A stretch of 64,000 bases of DNA. Origin: Okamejei kenojei (Eukaryota). The notes under the pieces are model-generated. The model was not told the origin of the DNA and ran no database searches. It worked only from the letters and a program-made list of their open reading frames with translations. A program made the position numbers and the translations under genes. Positions within the stretch are counted from its first letter, which is position 1; each line of letters begins with the position of its first letter. Of this stretch, positions 36,850 to 49,786 are shown piece by piece. The DNA lies in assembly GCA_035221665.1 (NCBI GenBank), contig CM069133.1, forward strand, positions 138,074,001 to 138,138,000, given 5' to 3'.

Positions 36850-37765
36850 TCAGATTCATATTCATATTCACATTTATTGTCACATGCACCAATATAGGTA
36901 TAGTGATATTTCACTTACCATGCAGCCGTACAATTAATAGAACACAACACAATTAAAAAGAACGATAGAACTTAACATAAACATCCACCACAGCGATAGA
37001 AACATGGAAAATAGGTGCAGGAGGAGGTCATTCGGCCCTTCGAGTCAGCACCGCCATTCATTGCGATGATGGCTGATCACTGTGATGGAAGGAAATAAAG
37101 TTCAGTCAGTCTTCCTCCTTTTGTTCACCCGAGTTTGGGGCCTTGACCCTCCGTAGTCGCCGCTACGGACAGCCCGATGCACAGGCCCTCTCGTCGGGAT
37201 GATCGAAGCTCCGGCGTCGGGATGGATGGAACACACTCTGCAGCTTGGAATGCCCGGATCGGCCACTTTCTCACCGGGGACCGCGGCTTCTCGATGTTGT
37301 AGGCCGCAGGCAGACCAGCGGGTGGAGCTTTTCTCCGGTAATCCCTGGCAAGGGATCCCTGGTTGGTAAAGTCCGCTCCACGCCTGCAGCTAGAAGCTCC
37401 GTAGACCGCGGCTTCACGGTGTTTAAGTCAGCAGGCCGGCAGTCGGAGCCTTTCTTCTGGCTCCGCGATGTTGAAGCCCATGCTGCGCCCGCTGCTGAAG
37501 CTCTGGGCCAGTCTCCGGGAAAGGCCGCACCAATCCAAGTTGTTAGTCCGCGAGGGAGGGCGAAAAGGCGACTGGGAGAAAAGTCGCACCTCCTCCGAGG
37601 TAAGTGACTGGAAACGGTTTCCCCGTTGCCCCCCCCCTCCCCCCCCCCCCTCTTGACCACCCCACATAAAAAAACATACCTTGAGACATACATTTAGTCA
37701 TACTAAAAAAAACAAAAAGTCGAAATGACCGACAAACTGCTGGGGAGGCTGCCGCGTGTGGCTCA
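36850..37765 (-). mobile_element. Non-coding, GC-rich non-autonomous retroelement with Rex1-type 3' tail; CR1 tail piece inserted at ~36995-37080
   Basis: Minus-strand end GTGACAATAAATGTGAATATGAATATGAAT; 5' end resembles 63722 onward. Confidence 0.55.
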
Positions 37766-37871
37766 CCCCTACTTTTAAGTAAATTTACCATTTAAGGAAT
37801 TTTTAAAAGCTATTCTATCTGAGCAGATGCAATATCAAAACAATAAGTTGTCTGATATCCATGTGATCCCA

Positions 37872-38175
37872 CAGGGGCGGGACAGTGGCGCAGGGGTAGA
37901 GTTGCTACCTTACAGCGCCAGAGATCCTGGCTTGACCTTGATTACAGGTGCTGACTGTACGGAGTTTGTGCATTCTTCCTGTGACTGCGTTGGGTTTTCT
38001 CTGGGTGTTCTGGTTTTCTCCCACGTTCCAAAGACGTGCAGGTTTGCAGGTTAATTGGCTTCTGTAAATTGCCCCTGATGTGGAGGTTGGAACTAGTCTA
38101 TTGGTGATTGTGGTTGGCACAAAGCAATTGGGCTGAAGGGCCTGTTTCCAAAGTGTATCTCTAAGTGAAACTGAA
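37872..38175 (+). mobile_element. HE1-like SINE
   Basis: GTGGCGCAGGGGTAGAGTTGCTACCTTACAGCGCCAGAG...GGGCTGAAGGGCCTGTTTCC. Confidence 0.82.
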
Positions 38176-38449
38176 ATCTCTTTGTAACAGCATCCTGATA
38201 CGCACGTCCCTTTGCATCTGTCTCGCCACTCCCCTCCTCTTTATACTTGATATCTTCCCTCTCCACTCACAGTCCTGATGCAGGAACGTTGACCATTGCT
38301 TTTCGGCCACAAAAAGTTGATGCTCAACCCGCTCAGTTCCTTCAGTTCCCCCAAACTCATTAGAGGGGAAACAAAACACGCAAGAATGGTGGAAAATAAC
38401 TCTCCGGAAAATTCTGCACTGATCTCGCTGGTGGCAAATCAAGTCCCAG

Positions 38450-38790
38450 GAGAATGTTTCTACCAGTGGGAGAGTCGAGGACCATAGGTCAGAGCCTCAT
38501 CATTTGAAGGGCGTTCCTTTAGGAAAGAGATGAGGAGGAATTTCTTTAGTCAAGGCGTCGTGAATGTGGAATTCTTTGCCACAGAGGTCTGTGGAGGCCA
38601 ATAACGGATATTTTTAAGGCAGCGATTGATAGATTCTTGATTAGTACGGGTATCAAGGGTAATGAGCAGAAGGCAGGAGAATAGGGTTAAGAGGGAAAGA
38701 TTGATCAGCCATAATTGAATGGCAGAGTAGACTTGATTGGCCAAATGGCATAATTCTGCTCCTTCCTTTCACTAATGAACTTATGAGCCT
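38450..38790 (+). mobile_element. CR1 3' end
   Basis: GGAAAGAGATGAGGAGGAATTTCTTTAGTC...TGGAATTCTTTGCCACAG...GGCCAAATGGC. Confidence 0.8.
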
Positions 38791-38869
38791 ACTGTTACCT
38801 GTTTTAAATCCATTTAATGGAGATGAACATTACCGGAAGAAACAATGTTTATTGCCCTGGAGTTGAGTG

Positions 38870-39170
38870 GTGTTGCTTGCCAGGCCATTTTAAAGGCCGG
38901 GTAAGAATAAATTGCCTGCTTGAGACTTATGGTCTGGAGTCTGGCTTGCCTTCTGACTGGCTTTCCTACTCTGATTACATTAATGAACTAAGTGGATTTT
39001 TACAGCATTGAGATGATTTTATGGTCTCAATAATTGATGCTAGCTTTATATTTCATATTTATTCAGTTAACTTTAAATCCCTAACTGCAGCAGTGTTAAT
39101 TGTGCTATTAAACTAATAATCAATAGCCAGGCCACTAGTCCAGTCTTTTGATTACTAGTCAAGTAACTTC
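38870..39170 (-). mobile_element. Old chondrichthyan SINE remnant (SacSINE-like)
   Basis: GGTCTGGAGTC...CATTAATGAAC...TTTTTACA...GATTACTAGTC pattern, recognised from memory only. Confidence 0.35.
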
Positions 39171-39732
39171 TTTACTTCATGACACATCCACTTCTCTCCC
39201 TGATCATTTTTGTTGTATTTGAAGTTATGTTGGGCGTTCTCAGACCTTCACCTGGTGAATGCTTACAATTAATTCAAGGATAATGCAATGATGAATCAAT
39301 GAAAATATTCATTTGATTGGTTCTTTTTTTCCTACTGGGTCAAATCCTTGCATGGCTTTAAAGACCTTTGGCATAATTTCTTGTAGTCTTTGTTTTTCTT
39401 GAATAACATTCCTCTTCTTTCTAAGTCCATTGTTAATTAATCAATCACATGAACCTCCAATTATGTTCTGGTTGGGCTTCTTTCTACAAGATGCCAAATC
39501 AATGTTTTACGCAGTTGCTTTGTAATACTTCCTCCTCCGATCGTTAATTGGTTTGGCAATGCATGCTAGAATCATGCTCATTTTTACTGTAAGTTTATGA
39601 AATAATCCTATACCTTCAATGAGTTGCACAATATAGCACTCACCTCCTCCTTCTGTTCAGCAGATTTAAACACACATTTTTTTCATGGTTGGTGCATGGT
39701 TGGAGTTACCTCTACCAAGGTCCATTATGGTC

Positions 39733-40105
39733 TAGAAACATAGAAACATAGAAATTAGGTGCAGGAGCAGGCCATTTGGCCCTTCGAGCCTGCACCGCCA
39801 TTCAATATGATCATGGCTGATCATCCAACTCAGTATCCTGTACCTGCCTTCTCCCCATACCCCCTGATCCCTTCAGCCACAAGGGCCACATCCAACTCCC
39901 TCTTAAATATGGCCAACGAACTGGCCTCAACTACCTTCTGTGGCAGAGAATTCCACAGATTCGCCACTCTCTGTGTGAAAAATGATTTTCTCATCTCGGT
40001 CCTAAAAGACTTCCCCCTTATCCTTAAACTGTGACCCCTTGTCCTGGACTTCCCCAACATCGGGAACAATCTTCCTGCATCTAGCCTGTCCAACCCCTTA
40101 AGATT
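39733..40105 (-). mobile_element. Young CR1 3' end
   Basis: ORF 39830-40093; (TAGAAACA)n tail; near-identical to 18680-19015 and 34790-35118. Confidence 0.92.
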
Positions 40106-40110
40106 ATATA

Positions 40111-40362
40111 GGCGGCACGGTGGAGTAGTGGTAGAGTTGTTGCCTTACAGCACCAGAGACCCGGGTTCGATCCTGTATGCAGTATGTGCGTTCTCCCCGA
40201 GGCCTGCGTGGGTTTTCTCCGGGAGCTCTGGTTTCTTCCCACACTCTGAAGACGTACAGGTCTGCAGGCTTCTTGGCTTGTTATGTACGGGGATCGCTGG
40301 TCGGCACGGATTCGGTGGGCCAAAGGGCCTGATTCCACTCTGTATCTCTAAACAAAACTAAA
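40111..40362 (+). mobile_element. HE1-like SINE with internal deletions
   Basis: B-box GGTTCGATCC; CR1-like tail CTCTAAACAAAACTAAA. Confidence 0.82.
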
Positions 40363-41004
40363 AATCATGCTAAGCTTATCTATATTAAAAATATATATTT
40401 TGGATAGGAGCTAATCCTCGAATCGCATCTTCAATCATTTCCAATCTAATTTTCTGATCTAAGACTCTTATCTGCAATTACCTTTCTCCCAATTACTAAG
40501 CTATACGACATGTTCCCGATACTTTCTTTCAAGTCATTGATATTGAAGTGCAGCCTGTGGCTCGGAGTCTCCAATGGTTTTCATTTTCAGTGACAAATGC
40601 TACTTCCTGTTCAAACCAATTTCAGTCAACTAATCTCATTGGACCCAATGATATTTAGTGCCTTTCCTGCTTTATCTGGTCAAATACTTTTCAACGATCA
40701 AGAGACAAAGTGCTGATCTGGCTGCTAACATAAATCATCTTTGGGTAGTTTCAGAAAGCGTAAAATCAAGAAAATTAGCCTTCTTTTGTACGCAGTCCAT
40801 TGGTTTGCTTGTAATTATGGACAGGTTTCAGGAAAGGATTACTTGAAATATATTAATAGCCACTTAAGCAAAAGGTCCTATTGAATAATATTAAACATAG
40901 AGATCAGGTTTCAAGCCAGAATTTCATAGAAACATCTTTTGATGAGTGCCATTAGGGCCACAAAATTCCTGAAGTAAAATCAGAGCATTCTGAAAATGTT
41001 CAAA

Positions 41005-41229
41005 CTATACGGAGTTTGAACCTTCCCCTTGAGACCATGTGGGTTTTCTCCGAGATCTTCGGTTTCGCCCCACACCACAGGCATACAGGTTTGTAGGCAC
41101 ATTAACTTGGTAGAAATGTAAATTGTCCCCAGTGTGTAGGAGAGTGTTAATGTGCGGGGACCGCTGGTTTGTGCGGACTCGGTGGGCTGAAGGACCTGTT
41201 TCTGCGCTGTATTTCTAAAGTAAACTAAG
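41005..41229 (+). mobile_element. 5'-truncated HE1-like SINE
   Basis: TACGGAGTTTG...GGACTCGGTGGGCTGAAGGACCTGTTTCTGCGCTG. Confidence 0.8.
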
Positions 41230-41900
41230 ATCAGGTAGCATCTGTGGAAATCAAAACAAGGATTAATATTTTGAGTTGATGACCTTTCAAAAAAATTCAG
41301 ATAGTTTAAAAACTTTCAGAGCAAAGAGAGACGGAGAAAACAAGAGAGAAGGTTTGTTATAGAGTGCAGTGGAGGCAAGATTGAGTAAATAGATGACGGA
41401 GAGCAGGCTGCTAGTACATTGTAAACACCAGTAAATAGGAATGAAATGTCTGGAAGAGATGTTTATGATAGCAGACTAATGACATTTTAAAATACTAAAA
41501 GAGGGGGGGGCAAATAAAGGAGATTAAACTGGAAATGGGAGATATGAAACTGCAATGGCTGATTATCTGAAATTGTTGAATCCATCATTGAATCCCAAGG
41601 GCAGTACTGGGCATAGACAAGCTGCAATTCTGCTTCTTGAGCTGCCAGTGAGCTTTGTTGGAACAGTATTGGATGCCAAAGGCAGAGCGATCAATGGGAG
41701 TGCGATGGAAAAGTAAAATAGCTGAAAATTGGAAGTTTAGTCTTACCCTCACAAACTGAATGTATTGAGCAGAGTCGATCTGTGTTTGGTTTTCATGGTG
41801 CTGAGGGTATCGTGTTATGAGTAAGAACATTGAAGTGGTTCAAGTAGATCGCTGTTAATGTGGGAGTTATTTGATCTTCTGAAAATGGGAAAAGAATAGC
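41230..41900 (-). mobile_element. Old PLE fragment
   Basis: TTATCTGAAATTGTTGAATCCATCATTGAATCC...TTGGAACAG, similar to 10715-10860 and 21855-21930. Confidence 0.5.
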
Positions 41901-42319
41901 TGTGAAGTCTGTAACTCCTTTCATTTGCTGAAAAATGCATCTCCATTCACTTTGAAATTTTCAGTTACATTTATTCAACAAGGTATGGTAACTCAATTCT
42001 TCCCTTCATTATGCAAAGTGTAGTAATGATGCAAAGTGGCCATTCAATACCTTGTCAGATCCTCGACGAACACCCGGATTGGCTCTGAAGAATCATATCG
42101 TAATTGTTAATGGCCTCTGACACTTGGTATTTTGCAGAGATGGTGCAAAAAATTGAAGCAAAGGACAACTTAATTTGAATTTTTCTAATTTAATCCATCT
42201 TTAACAAATTGGAAATTAATATCACACAACTTGGTGTCAATGAGGAGTTAAATTTATGTCACTATATAAAGTGTGTCACGAATAAGTGTGCTAATGAACC
42301 CTGGACATAAAGAGACGAG

Positions 42320-42592
42320 GAAATGGAGACGAGGAAACACTTTTTCTCACAGAGAGTGGTGAGTCTGTGGAATTCCCTGCCTCAGTGGGCAGTGGAGGCC
42401 GGTTCTCTGGATGCTTTCAAGAGAGAGCTAGATAGGGTTCTTAAAAATAGTGGAGTAAGGGGATATGGGGAAAAGGCAGGAATGGGGTACTGATTGGGGA
42501 TGATCAGCCATGATCACATTGAATGGCGGTGCTGGCTCGAAGGGCTGAATGGCCTACTTCTGCACCTATTGTCTATTGTCTATTGTCTATTG
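42320..42592 (+). mobile_element. CR1 3' end, (CTATTGT)n tail subfamily
   Basis: GAGACGAGGAAA duplicated at the 5' junction; RVVSLWNSLP; tail repeat. Confidence 0.88.
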
Positions 42593-42829
42593 ATAGTATG
42601 TTAGTTTAACAGTCATAGATCAGGAACCTTATCCTGAGCACTTCAAGGAAACATTGGTCATTGAATTTTAGTTTTCTAGCTATTGTCATAATGTGTGGTC
42701 ACCAAAAACCTATTTTGCCAAATGAAGAAAGAATGCAATTACCACAATGCTGTCTACAGTGTGATGACAAGAGTTCAGGGCACGTGTGTCCCTGTTTCAG
42801 TGAACGGACTAAGGAAGCCTAGATGAGAG

Positions 42830-43900
42830 AGATTGAAGCTCTGGTCATGAAAGAGGAGGCATTGGACTGGTACAGGCAGCTGATACCAAGGGTATCCCTG
42901 GAGTATTTCACGAACTGAAGAACATATATATAAGAAGGAAATCAGGAGGGCATAAAGGGAGCAAGAAATGGCTCTGCCTGATAATATTGAGGAAAGGCTA
43001 AGGAGATTTTATGTACATTAAGGAAAATGGAGTAACTATAGAGAGACATTGGTACATTGGCCTTGATCAATCAGGGTATTGAGTTTTGAAGTTGGGATGT
43101 TATGTTACAGTCATACAAGATGTTGGTGAGGCCGCATTTGGAATATTGAGCTCAGTTTTGTTCACCCTGCTATAGGAAGGATGTTGTTAAGCTGGAAAGA
43201 GAGCAGAGAAGATTTTCAAGGTTGTTGCCAGGACTTTAGGGCCAGAGTCATAAGGAGAGCTTGGGCAGGCTAGAACTTTGTTCCTTGGAGTGCAGGAGGC
43301 TGAGGGGTGATCTTATAGAGGTGTACAAAATCACGAGGGGATTGGATCAGGTGAATTCGCATGGTCTTTTACCCAGAATAGGGGAAACAAGATCCAGTGA
43401 ACTTGGGTTTAAGGTGAGAGGGGATAGATTTAATAGAAGCGTGAGGGGCCATTTTTTCACACAGAAGGCAGTAGATATATGGAACAAGCAGGTTGAGGTG
43501 GTTGAGACATGTATTATAACAATATTTAAAAGATAGACGCAAAATGCTGGAGAAACTCAGTGGGTCAGGCAGCACTTCTGGAGAAAAGGAATGGGTGACG
43601 TTTCGGGTCGAGACGCTTGTTCAGACTGAGGAAGGGTCTCAACCTGAAACGTCACCTATTAATTTTCTCCAGAGATGTTGCCTGACCCGCAGAGTTACTC
43701 CAGTATTTTGTGTCTATCTTTGGTGTAAACCCGCATCAGCAGTTCCTTTCTAAATATTTTAAGGACAGTTGGACAGCTACTTGAATGGAATGGTTTAGAG
43801 AGATATGGGCCAAACATGGGCAAGTGTAACTAGCATGGATGGGGCATCTTGGTTAGTGTTGGCAAGTTGCGCCCGGGGCCTTTTTTCCTGCTGTACAGTA
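42830..43900 (+). mobile_element. Older CR1 (HER1-like) fragments interrupted by a fold-back element
   Basis: VRPHLEY, LECRRLRGDLIEVYKI (ORF 43261-43536). Confidence 0.8.
43532..43752. mobile_element. PLE-derived fold-back mini-element with two inverted hammerhead-like motifs
   Basis: GGGTGACGTTTCGGGTCGAGACGCTTGTTCAGA/CTGAGGAAGGGTCTCAACCTGAAACGTCACC; approximate TSD AATATTT(T)AA. Confidence 0.85.
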
Positions 43901-44943
43901 TTACTTCATGATTCTACGCTCCTATTAACAATGTCAGAAGACCCTAATTTGTGATGTGCGGCAGTGTGTGTAATGAGGGATAATCATATTCTGCTTATTC
44001 CTTTAGATAAGTGTACAGCAATTCATTATGGCAGTTTCAAAGTGAGTCTCCACAGAGCTGTATCAATCATTTATTTAAAGCTTTAGTAAATTTGCACACT
44101 AGTTCAGGACAACTCATTCACATGCATTCTCTAATATAAACTTGTGTTTAAATATATTAATCAATCCACTTTGGCAAGGAGGTATAAATGTTGCACAATG
44201 AAAGAACACATCCTTTATATGGCATGTCCTTTGGAAGGGGACATTGCTGATTGAAAATGAATTAAATCCTAATGTGATAAAAGCAAGGTGCATCGAGAAA
44301 ACATCGCGTGGATATGGGAGCCTTGTAGCTGTGACGTGGTTTAAAACATGGGGATTTAATGCTTCCAGCTGCCTAACACGAGAGCCTGTAATGCTCAGAA
44401 GGCTGACGCAGTTGGTTCCAAGCATTGATTTTAAACAAGATGTAATTGCCTGCTGTTTTCTCATCAGGATGTGCGTTGACTGCCAGAATGAGCAAAACTT
44501 GCCAATTTAAAATGCCCCTGCATCACCACTGTGAAAGAAATAGCCAAAAGACTTGAAGCCTGAAAACATGCTTTTGTCTCAATAATTCCCATATGTGATG
44601 TGGGGGGAAACTAATACTGCATGGAATTATGCAGAAACTGCAACACAGGTCCAGGGACCTTGACTGCACAGTTCTACGCATGTTTATGTTTCATATAATC
44701 CTCCTCCCATCTTATTTCATCTGACTCCATCATAATGCCCTTCTTTCCCTGTTCGACCCTGTTCACCTCCAACTTCTCTATGACCATGTAACATAATAGT
44801 CACCTTACAAAGTAGTGTCCATGTAAATATATTTCTGCAGAATCCCTCACAGTTTTCATTGGTGGCTCTCTTAACTTAAATCGTGAATGGTTTTGGATTT
44901 TCTCAACTTGAAACACCTTGCCTACATCTACCTTTCTCCATCG

Positions 44944-45498
44944 AATCATAGAATCATAGAAAATAGGTGCAGGAGTAGGCCATTCGGCCCTTCGAGCCTG
45001 CACCGCCATTCAATATGATCATGGCTGATCATCCAACTCAGTATCCTGTACCTGCCTTCTCTCCATACCCCCTGATCCCTTTAACCACAAGGGCCACATC
45101 CAACTCCCTCTTAAATATAGCCAATGAACTGGCCTCAACTACCTTCTGTGGCAGAGAATTCCACAGACTCACCACTCTCTGTGTGAAAAAATGATCTTCT
45201 CATCTCGGTCCTAAAAGACTTCCCCCTTATCCTTAAACTGCGACCCCTTGTTCTGGAGTTCCCCAACATCGGGATGAATCTTCCTGCATCTAGCCTGTCC
45301 AACCCCTTAAGAATTTTGTAAGTCTCTATAAGATCCCCCCTCAATCTCCTAAAATCCAGCGAGTACAAGCCAAGTCTATCCAGTCTTTCTTCATATGGAA
45401 GTCCTGTCATCCCAGGAATCAGTCTGGTGAACCTTCTCTGTGCTCCCTCTATGGCAAGAATGACTTTCCTCAGATTAGGAGACTAAAACTGTACGCAA
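44944..45498 (-). mobile_element. Young CR1 3' end
   Basis: ORF 45135-45410, YEERLDRLGLYSL..DLIETYKILKG. Confidence 0.92.
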
Positions 45499-48244
45499 CT
45501 GATGTAACCCTGATGTAATCCTTCATCATTTTAAATGTGCTCAACAGGTTGCATCTGTAAGTTCTATTTGGTTGAAAAAAGGAACCCAGTTTTTTCAGCC
45601 TGCCCTAATAATTGTATTCAATCCAGTGTCCAGCACCTTCGTTGCACATCTAACAGATGATGTAAAAAATATAAGCTATAAATCAGATTAATTATTTTTT
45701 TAAATATCAACTCAAACGATGCAATGCATTTGATGTTTTGGAATTGTTTTTTGACATTCACTATATGTGTAAATATATGTAAAGGAGCATGTGTATTCGT
45801 TTGAACATGTCCAAAGTGTCCAAATAATTTCAACTTCATTTTGATGAAGAAACCAAATAAATAAATGATGACACGTGGTATAGGGCAGCACCAAATTTGG
45901 GAAAAGCGTGATGGTCAGGAAATTTTAAAAGCCAAATTTGGAAGAAAGGAATGAAAGTGAAAGATGAGTTAACAAAAAGTAATTTAACACGAAATTACAT
46001 AATACAAAGTATTTTATAAAACAAAGTACTGGAAATGTGTAACAAACAGGAACATCTGTGGAGAGAAAAACCCATTAAGAGTCAAAATGCCTAACTGAAA
46101 TGGACCCCGTTTTAGTGACACAGAGTATTAATGAAATAAAGCAATTAAATGAATAAATTGTAATAAAGGAACCATAGCAACATAGTGGTATGTTGCAGCT
46201 GCAGTAAGTGGGAGTTGATGGAAACCCTAGTGATTAATGGACACTATGCCTTGTAAGTGTTTGCCGCTCAAGAAACTTTGGCTGAAGTTGATGAGTTGGA
46301 GTCTGAGATTCAGACCCTGTGGTGCATCAGGGAGGGGGGAAGTTTTAAGAAGCAGTTGCATTCCTAAGATTAAGTTCCGCAGAAATTGTCCGTCAAGAGG
46401 CAGGGGGCATTTGCATGAGGCAGGTATGTGGACCCAGCAGGTAGCATTGGAGGAGCCTTAATTCTTGCACTTTTCCAATATACAAAATATGGTGGGAAGA
46501 TGAGCAAACTGACCACAGCACTGCTGAATGACCATTGACGTGGGGGGGGGGGGGGGGGGGGGGGGTGAAAACAAATGATCTGGTGATAAGGGCAGTACAA
46601 TTCACAGATTAGATATTTGCTCTGCAGCTGTGTTGCTTATTTCAAGCTGTGGTTAATAACAGCACATTGGAGTTGGTGAGGAAATTGGAATGGGAGAGGA
46701 AAGAGCAGTTTATTTTAGTCCATTCAAGAAATGACAACATAGATAGCACTCGAAGAAGGTTTATCTGAAGGAGTATTGGCAGTCAGGGTATAAATTAAGT
46801 ATTAGAACCACAAATTAGTAGTCTCTGGGTTATTATTTAAACTGCATAGAAGTTGACATTGGTCAACAAGAGCAGAATGCATAGCTCAATATGTGCCATG
46901 GGAAAAAATGGGGACATAAGGAAGTGCAGATGCTGGACAATTAGAAAACAATACCAGTGTGAAGAAGGGTCTAGACTGAAAACATCGTCTATCCCTGTCC
47001 TCAAAATGTTGTCTGACCGGTTGAGTTACTCCAGCACATTGAGTTCTATGGGAGAAAATGGTTTTAATTTGTCAGACATGAACCAATATAAGTGGGGATA
47101 GGGCAAACTGTCTTATTGTGACAGGTTTCACTAGAATTGGTCAAATTGACTAAAATTGACTACTAACTGTAGGTAAGGCTTTAAACTAACTATAGATAGA
47201 CACAAAATGTCAGTGTAACTCAGCAGGACAGGCAGCATCTCTGGAGAGAATGAATGGCTGACGTTTCAGATCGAGACTGTGTCCTACACATTTAAACTAC
47301 CTGGTGGGGAAGGCATTTCCAATGAAGGGAAATTAAGATCATTAATGTGAATGGACAAAGTCATAATGCGGGATAATTTAAAAAATAGCTTTTCTGATAA
47401 TGATAAGATTATGTTTATCATTACTTAACATAATAAACAATGATGAACAACTGTCAAGTACATAAAAAACATTAAGTTACTGATCCAATTCGAGACGGGT
47501 CAGGCAAAATGTAGAAAGCCCAAATTTAAGGTTCTTAATCTGAATGCACACATTGCCAATCAGGAAGTGTAGAAGCATTGGGAGAAATTGTTCTTGGATT
47601 CCCCAACAGTTGGAGTAATATACGGTATGGTATGAAACAGAAAACTAAAGGGATATGGAATATGAATTGTGGAGGAATACAATACACTTAGACTGAGCAT
47701 TGCAAGTTAGCTGCAGTAGTATGGTAAGCATATTCATAGGGTGCATTAGAGATGCTTTTCCAAATGAGTTATTGAGAAGCTAATAAGGGTATTTTACATG
47801 TGGAATTGTACATTAAGAAATGTTTAATTAATAATTGTGCAAAAGTGATACTCTTTTGATAAAATATTATATCCTGATTAAAAGCAATTTAGTTGAATTT
47901 GAAACCAGAATTTTAATTTAAACAAAGGAAATATTAGGCAAGATTGCTTTTGGTAAATTGGGAAACTATATTAAAACATAAGACAGTAAGCAAGTAAAAA
48001 ATAATGTTTAAAGAAGAAATACACAGTTTACAGCAAACATGTATCCTGGCAATACTCAAAAACCTAAAGAAAATTGGTTCAGCCATGGTTAAGCAAAGAA
48101 GTTAAAGATGGTATTAAATCAAGAAAATATCTTAAAACCACCAACAGAGGTACTTACTGTTAGCTTTAGGGAGCATTTCCTAATTTAGAACAAAAGGGAA
48201 AAGAAAGTGAGATGAGGGAGGAAGACAATATAATATAATATAAT

Positions 48245-48471
48245 GTCTGTGGAATTCTCTGCCACAGACGGTAGTTGGGCCAGTTCATTGGCTATATTTA
48301 AGAGGGAGTTAGATGTGGCCCTTGTGGCTAAAGGGATCAGGGGGTATGGAGAGAAGGCAGGTACAGGATACTGAGTTGGATGATCAGCCATGATCATATT
48401 GAATGGCGGTGCAGGCTCGAAGGGCCGAATGGCCTACTCCTGCACCTATTTTCTATGTTTCTATGTTTCTA
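48245..48471 (+). mobile_element. Young CR1 3' end
   Basis: CTGTGGAATTCTCTGCCACAG...(TTCTATGT)n. Confidence 0.9.
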
Positions 48472-49019
48472 AATAATACAAAAACAGATTGTAAAACCTG
48501 ATGTAGATATGTAAGAAAGTTAAACAGAATCTAATGTGGCTCCCCTGCAGACTGAGACAGAAGAAAATGTAGTGGGGAGAAAGGAAATGGCAGAGAAATT
48601 AAACAACCATTTTGTTTACCTTCACAGAAGAGACACAAGAATCCCTGGGAAATGATAATATGACTGAAAACTAATTCATAGCCAAAACCCAATGACCCTC
48701 ATCCCAAGATTTTGACAGGTGGTTATGGAGATAGTGAACGCATGGTAGTTATAATATCAAGATTCTATGGATTCTAGAATTGTTCGTAGAAATTTGAAGG
48801 CAACATATGTAACCCCATTATTTAAGGGCAGAGAATGACAGAAAGCAGGGCAACTGTACTCCACTTGTAATATAATGATAGAATTGGTTAAGTGGTAACA
48901 GGGAACATATCAATAATATATTTGAGCGGCTCAACATGGATTTTTGAAAGGAAACGGTGTGAAAAGGAACGGAGGATGCTGGTTAATACCACTGAAGGTC
49001 CCCGGTCCAAAACGTGAGT

Positions 49020-49047
49020 CTGAAGAAGGGTGCCGACCCGAAACGTC
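49020..49047 (+). ncRNA. Minimal hammerhead ribozyme-like motif in PLE terminus
   Basis: CTGAAGA-A-GGGT-GCCG-ACCC-GAAA-CG-TC. Confidence 0.55.
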
Positions 49048-49786
49048 AACGCATATTTTTTTTCTCTGGAGTTGCTGCCTGACCCACTAAGCACTTTGTG
49101 TCCATCTTCTTTACGAAAGGAAAATCTATTTTGATAAATCTATTAGAATTTGACAATTTTGTTATGAAAGGATGGATAAGGGAGAACAGAGGATGTAGTG
49201 GATTTGGAATTGATTCTTGATAAACTTGCCACTGGGAAATAAAATTCAAAATCGGAGCACATAGGATTGGGTGCGTGGATTGAAGATTGGTTAATGGACC
49301 GAAAATAAAGCTTGGAATAAATAGGCCAAAATATTAAAATCTTTACACTAAATATCAGTGTAAAGACCCCGGCAGCTCATAATCCACCTCATTGATTTGG
49401 GCGAGGGATTCAAGTACACAGGATGCAAGTTTGCCGATGAAACTAGATGGTTGTGTGGGCTCTGTAGAGGATTTGAGAGAGGCTTCAGTAGAATATCCTA
49501 TTCATAGATTAAGTGACTGGGAGAAGACATGACAGATGGAATAGAATGTAGAAAGATGTGAACTTGACATGGGCTTTGGAATAAAAAAATGGAAAAGCAG
49601 AGTTTATGTTTAAATGGCAAGAAGTGCAAACCAGATGGTGTAGAGAAATACGTGGGTATCCTTGTACACAAATCACTGGATGTTAATGTTCAGCTACAGC
49701 AGCCGATTAGAAAGGAAACAGTATGTTGACCTTTATTGGGAGAAAGTTTTAGTTCTAGAGTAAAGACATCTGTCTGCAATTATATA

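Larger units (their letters stand above)
46230..49786 (+). mobile_element. Long, heavily degraded CR1 (ORF1/esterase-like, APE and RT remnants) hosting younger insertions
   Basis: PW..KEVK, A..LN.HF, VTPLFK, HGF, KFADE, WQM motifs in order; CR1 at 48245-48471 and PLE ends at ~46915-47045, ~47195-47280 and ~49015-49110 inserted. Confidence 0.65.

Noticed and set aside
41984-42100. Possible exon on either strand
   Set aside because: Weak splice signals and stops in the usable frames; more likely non-coding unique DNA.
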